A stretch of DNA of 64,000 bases from positions 356,816 to 420,815 of the forward strand of contig MU004191.1 in the NCBI GenBank assembly GCA_010093605.1, read 5' to 3'. Position 1 is the stretch's first letter. Each line of letters begins with the position of its first letter. The stretch is from Lophium mytilinum. Its lineage: Eukaryota. Positions 1-13,600 of this stretch are shown here, piece by piece. Below the pieces are notes generated by a model that saw only the letters and a list, made by a program, of their open reading frames with translations, was not told where the DNA came from and searched no databases. A program made the translations under genes and the position numbers.

Positions 1-2922
1 TTTTTAATATATATATATAATAGTTATAGAGCTATAGACTATATCTAGCCTTAAGGTATAGATTATATCTAGAGTATAGTAGAAGAACTAGAGGTTTAAT
101 AGAATATATAGTATTATTCTTACCTATATAGGGGGTAATAACCCGGCAGATACGCTAGCTTAGTTTTATATAGTTAATAATAATAAGTTTATATATAAGG
201 TTATATAAAGTATACTAAAAAAGAAGGAAAACTAAGAGACTATTAGTACTAAGGTAACTACTAAATATACTAATTATATAGTGTATATAGTTCTATAGTA
301 GATATTATAAAATAAACTATTTTAACTTCTACTTCTATAATATACCTATAATTACCGCGTTAATAAGTATACTATATCTACTATAGGTCTACTATAAACT
401 ACCTATTTTTAATATTAATATAATCTACTTAACTATATACTTACTATAAGGCTTAGGTATTAGTAGTGTAAGCCTTAAATATAATTTAAGGCCTAAGTAT
501 TAGTAATATAAACTATAGTATTATATAGATAAATATCTATATAGTAGCGCTAATACTCTATAGGCCTGCATATATTATTAGTAATATTCTTGCATATTAT
601 AAGGTATAGAAAGGTTATAAGAACTTTTTATTCTACCCTTCTAATCTAGACTATAGAATATTAGTAGATAGTATATATTTAATCTTACTTATATTTCTAA
701 TAAAGAGATTTAAATAGAGTAGCCTATAAATTAGAGTATACTATAGATCTATAGTAGTATAATTTAGTGCTATATATATATACTAGCTAAAAGAAAATAG
801 GTAGAAAAGTATATACTTATTAATACTAAGCCCTTTCTAGCTATCTATATTTTAATATACTACTAATACTATAGCTAATTAGATATAGAGATAAGTTAGA
901 TTAGTTTTAAGATAGTATAATATATTTATATGCTACTTTATAGCTAATTTAGATGCTATTTATTTATAACTTTTCTACTTAATTTAAAAAATACTCTAAA
1001 ATACTATTATATTTATTACGCTTCTTAATATATCTAAGTTACTAGAGAAAGTATATATTTCTAGTCCTAGCTATTATATAAATTAAATAAGAGTATTCTA
1101 AAATAGGCGTGTAGGCCTATACTTTTATAATATTAGTATCTCTATACTATATATAATTAGCTAAAGCCCTAAAGTATTATAACGGCGCCCTATAATAATA
1201 TTAATAATTATAAAAAAGGGAGCACCGCCTAAGTATATATTTAGATAAATAAACCGGGCCGTTATATAGTAATAGTTAATAATAGAGTATTATTTATAAT
1301 TATCTCTAATACTTAAGTGCATAAATATATTAGGTAGCAGTATAAAATATAGAATTTTTAGCCTAATACTAAACTATCTAGATCTTATACTAATAACTTA
1401 ATAAATACTAGATTACTATTAATATAAAGGGGCTTTAGTTTCTTTTNNNNNNNNNNNNNNNNNNNNNNNNNNNNNNNNNNNNNNNNNNNNNNNNNNNNNN
1501 NNNNNNNNNNNNNNNNNNNNNNNNNNNNNNNNNNNNNNNNNNNNNNNNNNNNNNNNNNNNNNNNNNNNNNNNNNNNNNNNNNNNNNNNNNNNNNNNNNNN
1601 NNNNNNNNNNNNNNNNNNNNNNNNNNNNNNNNNNNNNNNNNNNNNNNNNNNNNNNNNNNNNNNNNNNNNNNNNNNNNNNNNNNNNNNNNNNNNNNNNNNN
1701 NNNNNNNNNNNNNNNNNNNNNNNNNNNNNNNNNNNNNNNNNNNNNNNNNNNNNNNNNNNNNNNNNNNNNNNNNNNNNNNNNNNNNNNNNNNNNNNNNNNN
1801 NNNNNNNNNNNNNNNNNNNNNNNNNNNNNNNNNNNNNNNNNNNNNNNNNNNNNNNNNNNNNNNNNNNNNNNNNNNNNNNNNNNNNNNNNNNNNNNNNNNN
1901 NNNNNNNNNNNNNNNNNNNNNNNNNNNNNNNNNNNNNNNNNNNNNNNNNNNNNNNNNNNNNNNNNNNNNNNNNNNNNNNNNNNNNNNNNNNNNNNNNNNN
2001 NNNNNNNNNNNNNNNNNNNNNNNNNNNNNNNNNNNNNNNNNNNNNNNNNNNNNNNNNNNNNNNNNNNNNNNNNNNNNNNNNNNNNNNNNNNNNNNNNNNN
2101 NNNNNNNNNNNNNNNNNNNNNNNNNNNNNNNNNNNNNNNNNNNNNNNNNNNNNNNNNNNNNNNNNNNNNNNNNNNNNNNNNNNNNNNNNNNNNNNNNNNN
2201 NNNNNNNNNNNNNNNNNNNNNNNNNNNNNNNNNNNNNNNNNNNNNNNNNNNNNNNNNNNNNNNNNNNNNNNNNNNNNNNNNNNNTAATAATTTTAATTAA
2301 TATAGCTAATATAGATAGATAATACCCCTATATCTATCTACTCTAGCTAGTACTATACTATTCTTCTACCTATACCTATATTAGCCTCTACTAGTTATAA
2401 ATACCTACATAATAAGATAAATAAGTAAGAGATTAAAACTATAGAAAAAGTTAAAAAGAATATAAGGGTTATATAAGAGATAAAAGTATAGAACTATAAA
2501 AGATAGAAAACTTAAATAGTATAAGAGTCTATATATCTAGCTAATCTAATTTATAATTAGACTATTTTATAGCCCGCCTTACTAAGGAAACTAGACTAGA
2601 ACTATACTACTTTAAGGCGGGGCCTTATTATAACCTTATACTATCTTACTAGACTAGAATATAAATAGCTTAATATCTCTATATATAGGTAGTATAGAGT
2701 TATCTAAACTATAGCTATTATTAGAACTAAAAGTATAGCTATATAGCTAAATATTCTAACTAGGTATATAGATTCTATAGAGGGGGAATTTACTACTAGT
2801 AGACTACTCTTTTATTCTTCTATCTAGGGACCTCTTTACTATAGAGGAGTACCCTATAATATAATATATAACTACTTATAGTATAGTAACTAATAGAGGG
2901 CTAGAATTATAAAAAGAAGGCC

Positions 2923-5389
2923 TAAATAGTAGTAAAGAGAGTATTTTAGGCTAAGAGAGAGAAGAATATAATAGCTTAAGGTTGCGCAATTTAGTTAGTA
3001 AAGATAGAGGTATTTATTATAGATAATATAGAAAAGGGATATATACTATAGCTAAAGAAGATAGCTAGTAGGTTATTTATGCCTAAGTAGGTTACCTAAC
3101 TAGGGATAAAGTTAGTAATAAGGGGATAGCTGCGTATTATAATATTAATACCTCTATTAGGGCCTTTAACTTAGCTAGCTATCTATTTAATAATATAGAA
3201 TATAAAGTCTATAATCTCTTAATTAACTACTATTCTAATAGTATAGAAGATACTATCTAGAAATAATAGTAGAAGGTAGTAGCGCGCGTATAGTAATTAG
3301 TAGAAGTTAATATAAGTATATAAGTATAAGCTCTAGTCTAAGATAATATAATAGAAGAGGTAATTATATAGATAGAAGTATTTAATTATATAGAATAATA
3401 GAGCTTTATTAAAAGGGGGATAGAGAAAAGGTATATAACTAGCTAAAGACGCTAAGTTAATATATATAGACTATATCTAGCTAGCTCTATTATATTCTAT
3501 TATAATAAATACGCAACTTACTTTCTCTTTATTCCCTTCTCTCTACGCTACTTAATTATAATCTACTTTACTTCTCTTTATAGTTATTATTCTCGCACTC
3601 TATCTTAAGAAATAGAATATTCTTTTACTATACGCCCCCTATCTATTATTTAGTAAGGCTTAATATTACCTACTTAAATATAGTAAAAGGTAATATAAAA
3701 CTATCTCTCTCTACCCTAAATAGAGACTTACTATATAACTTAAATATACTATACTATATACCCTATCTATAGTATATATTAATATATATATAGCTAATAT
3801 ATATAACTATAGATAGTAAAGAAGTAAAAATACGCTACCTTAAAACTAATTAATATAGTAATACGCCTAGCTCCCTTAACTCTAACACCTACTAACTAAT
3901 AATAAATATATAGAACTTAATAAGTAAAAGAGAATATACTACTAGAATATTCTAAGATAGTAATGCTATATTATCTTAGCCGTCTAGCCGCACCTTATCT
4001 TATACTAGAAAGAGAAAACGCGGTATAGAGAATAAAAATAGGCATATATCTATTTTTTAATCTAGTAATACTAACTTCTGCGTATAAATAGACTTTAAGT
4101 ATAAGATTAGCTTATATATATATTATAGCTACTCTACTAAGTAGTATATACTAATAAATACCTATTAGGGTACTACTATAGTCTAAGATAAGATAGCGGC
4201 TAGAATAGAAGCCCGCAGGGCTATTAACTAAATAACTAGGTCTAATACCTTTATATTAAGCGGTCTACTATTCTTCTCTTTTACTAGCTACTTCTTAGGT
4301 ATAGGTAGAGGCACACCCGTCTATAACTATATTAGCTTTCTTAGTATAAAATAATATAGTAAAATAATTTAAATATAGAATAGTATAGATAGGCATACTA
4401 AAGTACTAACTATAAAGGTAAAATATATAGTAGTAGAAAAATAAATAAGATACTAAATACTTAGAAGTATAGTATTAGGCACTAATATAATTAGAAAATA
4501 TAGTAATAACCTTATAGCCTAGACTAAGAGTATTAGGCTAGATATATTTTAGTAAGTACTAATATAAATATAGGTAGATATCTATAAAGACTAACTATTC
4601 TATACTTAAGCTAATATCTCTACTACTCTAGACCCTTTTTACGCGTAGAAGGTATATTACTTTCTCTCTACTTCTATAACCTTATATAATAGCTAATTAT
4701 AATATATAACCTAGATTTATAATACTTTTAATTATTTCTATAACGCTATAATAAAGGTTGCTTATAATATTATATAAGAATACTATAGTCTTAGTTCTAT
4801 AACTTTAAATATTACTAGTACCGCGTTAATACTAATAAAGAATTAGAACTATCTCTTTAGAGTAGATAAAGACTAAGCTAAGGTTAGTTACTAATCTAGT
4901 ATTAGATAGCATTCTAATAGATTATAGAGGCTACTAGTAATCTTTATAGCTAAGGCTATCTAGATAGTAGTTATAGACCTACTCTTTATAGAATAGTCTA
5001 TAAACGCCTTAAAGATATAAAGATACTTAAAAGAGTTTTTTAACTCTCTTTTAGGTAATACTATTATATATATATATACTTACCTCTACTATACTATTAG
5101 TAAATATATCTTAAGCTAGAAGCGCATAAACCTAATTTATAGAGTTGCCGCTACTAGTATTAACTACTGCCCCCCTTATATAAGACTATGCTAACTATAA
5201 GCTAGAGTAGTAAATTATAATAAATATCTCGCCTAATAGCGGGCACTTAGCTTATACTATAAGTACTAACTATTATTCTACTAGTAAGAATTTATTATAA
5301 AATAGGTAGGTTAGCATATAAACTATAAAGAAGATAATAATAAGAATATATATAATAACCTTAACTACTATAATATATTAGATTTAACT
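2923..5389 (+). repeat. Copy A of an unidentified RIPed repeat (inverted partner at 6540-9006)
   Basis: The reverse complement of 6540-9006 aligns at both ends (taaatagtagtaaagagag... at 2923; ...tattagatttaact at 5389). Both segments are 2,467 bp, and the differences I inspected are mostly C/T and G/A transitions. Confidence 0.9.
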
Positions 5390-6539
5390 AAAGATATAAT
5401 ACTAGAATAATAATAGGCCTTTACTATAAGGGTGGCGAGAATAGAAGTAAAGAAGTAAAATTAGTAGTAGAATTTTATTAACTAATATAAGAAGATACAT
5501 GCGCTAATAAAGCGCATTAAGAGCAAAGTATAACTATTTAACTCTAGATACTTATTCTTACTATATTTAATTCTATCTAGCCCCCCTCTTAGGGATACTT
5601 TATTAGATATTATAGATAGTATAGGTAATTATATAAGATAGAGAGCTAAAGTATAATATACTAATTATATTAACTATAGAATAATAAGATTAATAATATA
5701 GAGCCCCTTACTAATAATAACTTATACTACTTAGCTCTAATTTATAGAGAGGCTAAGAAGAGTATTAAAATAAAGAACTACTAGAAGCGGTGCCCTCTTA
5801 ATCTCTTATTTATATAATTTAGGTAGCGGTTCTATATAAAGAAAGATAAATACAGCTAGTATAAAAATAATACTATAATTATATCTAATAAGGACTAATA
5901 TTAAAAGTTTATAGCTGCCTATATTAAGATATAGAATTCTAGAGAAGGAAGCCTACAGCTAGTTATTAAGTTGCTTAAGAGTATTAGAAATAAGGAATAG
6001 TAGTATAGAATTAGTAAATAGGGTATAAATAGACTCTATCTTATACTTAGCGTTATCTTTCTATTTTATAATATATATACCGTAATTAGATGCATTCTAA
6101 ATTACTATATAGTCTACTATCTAACGCGTAATATATATATCGCGTACTATTCTCTAGCCTAGATATCTAGCGCACGCGTTACTAGCTCTAATAGTCTACT
6201 AGAATATTAAAATTATTAAGGTTAGTAATAGTTATATAATTCTTAGAAATATATATAGGCATTACTATCTATATAATATATAAAGTCTATAATATATATA
6301 AAGTTACTATAGACTATAAAGCTCTAGTAGAGGTAGTAAGAAGAGATAACTAGATATACTAGTATAACTTTAAATTTCCTACTATATATAATAATTATAT
6401 ATTTAGTATATAAGGCCCTATCTATATTATTATCTATCTATCTATAACCTAGGTAGATTAGGCAGTTTTAGAAGGTTAGATAGAGAAGGTAGATAGCTAT
6501 ATTTATAAGAACTATAAAGTAGTTATTAANNNNNNNNNN

Positions 6540-9006
6540 AGTTAAATCTAATATATTATAGCGGTTAGAGTTATTATATATATTCTTATTATTATCTTCT
6601 TTATAGTTTATATACTAACCTACCCGTTTTATAATAAATTCTTACTAGTAGAATAATAGTTAGTACTTATAGCGTAAGCTAAGTACCTGCTATTAGGTAA
6701 GACATTTATTATAATTTACTACTCTAGCTTATAGTTAGCATAGTCTTATATAAGGGGGGTAGTAGTTAATACTAGTAGTAGTAACTCTATAAATTAGGTT
6801 TATATACTTCTAGCCTAAGGTATATTTACTAATAGTGTAGTAGAGGCAAGTATATATATATATAATAGTATTATCTAAAAAAGAATTAAAAAACTCTTTT
6901 AAGTATCTTTATATTTCTAAGGTATTTATAGACTATCCTATAAAGAGTAGATCTATAACTACTACCTAGATAACCTTAGCTATAAAGATTACTAGTAGCC
7001 CCTATAATCTATTAGAATGCTATTTAACGCTAGATTAGTAACTAACCTTAGCTTAGTCTTTATCTACCCTAAAGAGATAGTTCTAATCCTTTATTAGTAT
7101 TAATACAGTGCTAGTAATATCTAGAGTTATAGAACTAAGACTATAGCATTCTTATATAATATTATAAGTAACCTTTATTATAGTATTATAGAAATAATTA
7201 AAAGTATTATAAATCTAGGTTATATATTATAATTAGCTATTATATAAGGTTATAGAAGTAGAAAAAGGGTAATATACCTTCCGCGCGTAAAAAGGGTCTA
7301 GAGTAGTAGAAATATTAGCTTAAGTATAGAATAGTTAGTCTTTATAGACGTCTACCTATATTTATATTAGTACTTACTAAAATATATCTAGCCTAATACT
7401 CTTAGTCTAGGCTATAAGGTTATTACTATATTTTCTAATTATATTAGTACCTAATACTATACTTTTAAGTATCTAGTATCTTATTTATTCTTCTACTACT
7501 ATATATTTTACCTCTATAGTTAGTACTTTAGTATACCTATCTACGCTATTCTATATCTAAATTATTTTACTATATTATTTTATGCTAAGGAAGCTAATAT
7601 AGTTATAGATAGGTATACCTCTACCTATACTTAAGAAGCGGCTAGTAGAAGAGGAGAATAGTAGACCGCTTAATATAAAGGTATTAGACCTAGTTATTTA
7701 GTTAATAGCTCTACGGGCTTCTATTCTAGCCGCTATTTTATCTTAGACTATAGCGGCACTCTAATAGGTATTTATTAGCATGCACTACTTAGTAGAGTAG
7801 CCGTAATATATATATAAGCTAATCTTATACTTAAAGTCTATTTATATGCGGAAGTTAGTATTACTAGATTAGAAGATAGGTGCGTGCCTATTCTTATCCT
7901 CTATACCGCGTTTTCTCTTTCTAGTAAGAGATAAGGTGCAGCTAGACGGCCGAGATAATATAGTATTACTATCTTAGAATATTCTAGTAGTATATTCTCT
8001 TTTACTTATTAAGTTCTATATATTTATTATTAGTTAGTAGGCATTAGAGTTAAGAGAGCTAGGCGCGTTACTATATTAATTAGTTTTAAGGCAGCGCATT
8101 TTTACTTCTTTACTATCTATAGTTATACGCGTTAGCTATATATATATTAATATATACTATAGATAGGGTATATAATATAGTATATTTAAGTTATATAGTA
8201 AGTCCCTATTTAGGGTAGAGAAAGATAGTTTTATATTACCTTTTACTATATTTAAGTAGGTAATATTAAGCCTTACTAAATAATAGATAGGGGGCGTATA
8301 GTAAAAAAACATTTTATTTCTTAAGGTAGAGTATAAGAATAATAACTATAAAGAGAAGTAAAGTAGATTATAATTAAGTAGTATAGAGAGAAGAAAATAA
8401 AGAGGGAGTAAGTTACGCGTTTATTATAATAGAATATAATAGAGCTAGCTAGATGCAGTCTATATGCGTTAACTTAGTATTTTTAGCTAGTTATATACCT
8501 TTTCTTTATCCCCCTCTTAATAAAGCCCTATTATTCTATATAATTAAATACTTCTATCTATATAATTACCTCTTCTATTATATTACCTTAGACTAGAGCT
8601 TATACTTATATACTTATATTAACTTCTACTAATTACTATATGCGCGCTACTACCTCCTGCTATTATTTCTAGATAGCATCTTCTACGCTATTAGAATAGT
8701 AGTTAGTTAAGAGATTATAGACTTTACATTCTATATTATTAGATAGATAGCTAGCTAAGTTAGAGGCCCTAATAGAGGTATTAATATTATAACGCGTAGC
8801 TATCCCCTTATTACTAACTTTATTTCTAGTTAGGTAACCTACTTAGGCGTAAATAACCTACTAGCTATCTCCTCTAGCTATAGTATATATCCCTTTTCTA
8901 TATTATCTATAATAAACGCCTCTATCTTTACTAACTAAATTATATAACCTTAAGCTATTATATTCTTCTCTTTCTTAGCCTAAAACACTCTCTTTACTAC
9001 TATTTA
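6540..9006 (-). repeat. Copy B (inverted) of the 2923-5389 repeat; whole contig between two 10-N gaps
   Basis: As above; bounded exactly by N-gaps on both sides. Confidence 0.9.
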
Positions 9007-9299
9007 NNNNNNNNNNTCTATAACCTAGGTAGATTAGGCAGTTTTAGAAGGTTAGATAGAGAAGGTAGATAGCTATATTTATAAGAACTATAAAGTAGTT
9101 ATTAACTATAATAATTACCTATAATACTAGATTATCTATAATTAAGAATTATCTACGCAGCCTACGCGTAAATTTTATATAAGAAGTAGGTAAACTTTTA
9201 TAAAGTAGTGTAAAGCCTATAGAGTAGTAAAATGCGTAGTCTTCTAGAAGATTATGTAAGTAACTAGTATTCTCCGCGCGTTTCTTAATTTAGAAATTT

Positions 9300-12200
9300 C
9301 TAATAATAAGTATTTATATAATACCTAGTAATTACTAGAGAAAGATACTATCTATATATAGCCTAAGTACTTTAAACTAGTACTTATAGATAAAAAAGTA
9401 GAAGCTCTAGTATATACTAAAGAATAACTATATAAACCTAGTAATATTATTATAGGCCTAGCTAACTTTACTAATAATTTAGTAGCTATTAGTCTCTACA
9501 CTATATTAAAAGATAATTAATAGAAATTCTTTAAAAAGATAGACTGCACTTCTATAACTTATAAAGAACTTAAGGCGCTTATATCTTAGAAATATTAGGG
9601 CTTTCTTAATATATAGAATCTAAAGAAAGCTAATAAACTACTACTATATTATAAGGCTAAAGATAGTATAGATATTAATTACTATATTAATATTAAACCT
9701 AGTACTAAAGCTCTAGCTTAAAAGGTATATAGCCTCTTATATAATAAAATATTAGTAGTTAAAACCTTTATTAATAAAATATATAGGAAAAGCTATATTA
9801 GAAAAAGTAATAGCTAATATACTGCCCCCGTTATTATTATTTATAAGCTAGAAGAAGGCCTTTATATTTATATAGACTATTAAGGTCTTAATACTATTAT
9901 AATTAAGGCCTATAACATTTCTCTAGCTATAAAGGATACTTTAGCCTTACTTAAGTATACCTAATACTATACTAAGTTTAATATTATTACTACCTTTAAT
10001 GCTATTTAAATATAAGAGGGCGATAAAAAGTACACCGCGTTCCTTATAAGATATAGCTTATTTAAATTTACTATTCTACTCTTTAGCTTATATAATACCC
10101 TAGCAATATTTTAAGCCTTTATTAATAATATTCTCTTAAAATACTTAAATAATTTCTATATAGCTTATTTTAATAATATTCTTATTTTTAGTAAGATATT
10201 AGAGAAATATATAGGCTATATTAAGAAAGTCCTCTAGTAACTCTATAAGGCTAGTCTCTTTCTTAATATTACTAAGTATAAATTCTATAAGTAGAAAGTT
10301 AAGTATCTAGGCGTTATTATTAGTATTAATAGCCTTAAGATGGACCTAGCTAAAGTTAAAACTATAGTTAACTAGCTATAACTATAAAACCTCTATAATA
10401 TATAGGCTTTTCTAGGCTTTTATAACTTCTACTAGTAATTTATTATTACCTATTCTAATATTATAGAACCCCTTATAAGACTTACTAGAGCTAAGGTCTA
10501 TAAGTAGTTTACCTTTCTATAGTAGAAAGGGAGCTTAGAAGACTTTTTATTTAAATAAATAAAATAAGCGTTTATTAATACTTCTTAGATAGCTTATTTT
10601 AATCTAAATCTAGAGATATAGGTAGAATATAATATATCTAATACTATTATAGCTACTATACTATCTTAAATATAGACTAATAGTATTCTCCGCCCTATTA
10701 CATTTATATTCTATTAAATAAGCATAGCCTAACTTAACTATTAGATTTATAATAAAGAACTTCTAGTAATTATCCGCGCCTTTAAGAAATAGTATATAGA
10801 ACTTACTAGCTATAAATATAGTAATCTAATTAAAGTTTTTTTAGATTACTATACTCTATAATACTTTATAGAAACTAAGCAGCTTAACTAATAATAGGCT
10901 AGATAGGCTAAGTTTCTTTCTAAATTTAACTTCTAAATTACTTACTAACTAGGCAAGAATAATAGTAAGGCTAATCTACTAACTAAATGCCTAGGTAATA
11001 TACTAGATTAAGATAATAAACGCTATAAAATCTAATAATAAATAATCTTAAAGAACTATAACCTAGAACTAGAAATATATTACGCTATTAAACTAGCCTA
11101 TATTATAACTAATAGCGTTACCTATAATATAGTTTCCCTCTTAGTAATATTATATAACTTTAGTAAAGTAGAACTTAATTAGGGGGAGTTTTAAAGTAAC
11201 CTTAATAAAGAACTATAAAAGTTACTAAGGTAGGGAAAGTTATAGAGTAACCCTGCTAATAGTACTATAGAGTAAGATATAGTAGATTATATATAAGAAG
11301 CCCTCTATAATAATACTATTAGTAACGCTATTAAAGATACTATTAGAGCTAAGCTACGCCGCCTGCCTACTAATATAGTTAAAAATTATAGTATTAAGCT
11401 TAAGCTTTATAACTATATAATTTATAATAGCCTTATCTTTATTTAGAAGAACTACTTATATATTTCTACTAAAGAAGAACTTTAATTAGCTATTATTAAA
11501 AGTCTATATAAACCTCCCCTAGTTAGCTATAGTAGAACTATATCTATATATAACCGGGTTTTAATATATTACTTTTAGCTATAGATAACTAATAATATTA
11601 ACTAGTATATTAAGGCCTGCTAGCTATATAATTATATTAAATATGTATATAATATAAAGTAAGGCTTTCTTAAACTACTACTAATTTCTAAAAGATATTA
11701 AACTAATCTTATAGTTAACTTTATTAGCCTACTATCTAAATATATATAATTTAGAAGAGACTATTAATATATTATAGTAGTTATAGATAGACTTTCTAAA
11801 ATATATAAATTTATTTCTATAGTTACTATAGACGCTAAGAAAGTAGCCTAAGTCTTTCTTAAATAGGTATAGCGCACTAAAGAATATCTATAGTCTATTA
11901 TTTCTAACTAAGAAATGTAATTTATATTAACCTTCTAGTCTTACCTATATAAGTATATTAGTATAAAGCTAAAGCTCTCTACCTTCTTTTATCTAAAAAT
12001 AGATAGATAAATAGAAATTACTAATATAGGCCTAAAGTAATACCTTAGAGCGTATATTAACTACTAGTAGAATAACTAGTATAATTTTCTTACTATTACT
12101 AAATTTAAAGCTAACTTATTAAGAAACGCCTTTACTAGAGTAGCTCCTTTTATAGCTACTAAGAGCTATATTTCTAGCGCGGGCACTAAACTAGCTATAT

Positions 12201-13600
12201 AATTACCTAAGAATATAAATATACTAACTATCTATCTTACTAAGCTAGTAGATAAGCTTATTAATAAACTAGATAAGCTATATATATTTCTCCGCACGGA
12301 AATTAAATAGGCCTAGGCTAAGTAAAAGAAATATACTAACGCTAGATAATAACCCGCCTATATATATTATCTAGGCGATTAAGTTATACTTAATAGACGG
12401 TTTATTAAAATAAACCGCCTAAATAAGAAACTTAACTTTAAAAAGCTAGGCCCCTTTAAGATTCTAGAAAGCTATAAAAACAGTAGCGTATATAAGCTTA
12501 AGCTACCTAAGAATATAGAGAATCTATACTCTATCTTCTATTCTTAGCTACTTTACCTAGCTAATATAGTCCCTATAAAAAAATAGTATAATTCTAAGCC
12601 TCTACCTATATAAATAATACTAATATATTAGAAAGATAATACTAAAAAGGTTATAGATAGCTACCTAGATAGAAGACGCCTTAATTCTACTACTAGTAAA
12701 AGAGGCATACTATAATATAAAATTAAATTTATTAGATAGAATAATAAGCCCTAATAGAATAACTATAACTATACTAATAGCTATCTATACCTAGTTATAA
12801 ATTTCTACTACTATTACCTAAGAAAACCTGGCCCTTATTTATTATTCTAACTACTATTAGACTAGAAGCTAACCTTAGCTACTATTCTTACTACTATAGA
12901 CCTCTATATAACTAATATTATAGAAGCTATATAACTTAATTACTAGACTAGTAGTTAAATTAATTTATTAAGAAGGCCTAACTATAGATATATATAATAA
13001 TTAATATAATATACTAATATAGATTATTATAAGTATCTAGTAGTAGGTTAGTAGCTATAAAGGCTATATAGCTTCTTATAGCCCCGTTATAGCTAGCTCT
13101 AGTCTAGATAAATAAGGCTACTTATAGTAATACTACGTATAGTAATACTATATATAGTAATACTACAGGTAATAATACTATAAAGCTTATAAAAGAAAGA
13201 CTATACTAAAAAATAGTAAGGCTATAGAAGACTATATAAAAATAAAAAAAATAAGTAATTCTCTATAAATTAATTTATTTCCTTTATTTACTTATAGCTA
13301 AAATATAATTAGGTACTTTCTTTAATAGATATTTAAGCGGTTATAGATACTCTAGTATAGAAAGAACTCTCTCTTATAAAAGCTTTAATTAGGGGGCTTC
13401 TTTAGAGGGGGGAGATATATTATAGCTATATAATTATATATAATATATAACTAGAGATTATATAATAGAGGCTCTATAAAACGGGCGAATATTACTCCGC
13501 CCTTTAGGTTATTATAACGTCTATTCTAGAAACCTCTTTCTCTCTTATATTTATCTTTTATTAATATTAATACTATTTAATTTAATAATTCTAACGTTTT
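9300..13600 (+). mobile_element. RIP-inactivated Ty3/Gypsy LTR retrotransposon (pol: RT-RNaseH-integrase, probable chromodomain; PPT and probable 3' LTR)
   Basis: Allowing RIP transitions: RT (V)DY(R)GLN at ~9872-9892; YFNN = YxDD at 10166-10177; RNase H IY(D)KELL(A)IIRAF at 10745-10783; integrase VV(V)DRLSK at ~11777-11800; KKL(D)FKKLGPFKI (GPY/F) at ~12425-12463; chromodomain-like stretch ~12640-12820; polypurine tract agaggggggaga at ~13404-13415. RT-RH-IN order is Gypsy type. Boundaries approximate; no 5' LTR recognised. Confidence 0.88.

Noticed and set aside
6441..9105. 89-bp direct repeat as a target-site duplication or LTR pair
   Set aside because: Both copies abut N-gaps and are identical within heavily RIPed DNA, which is best explained as contig overlap.
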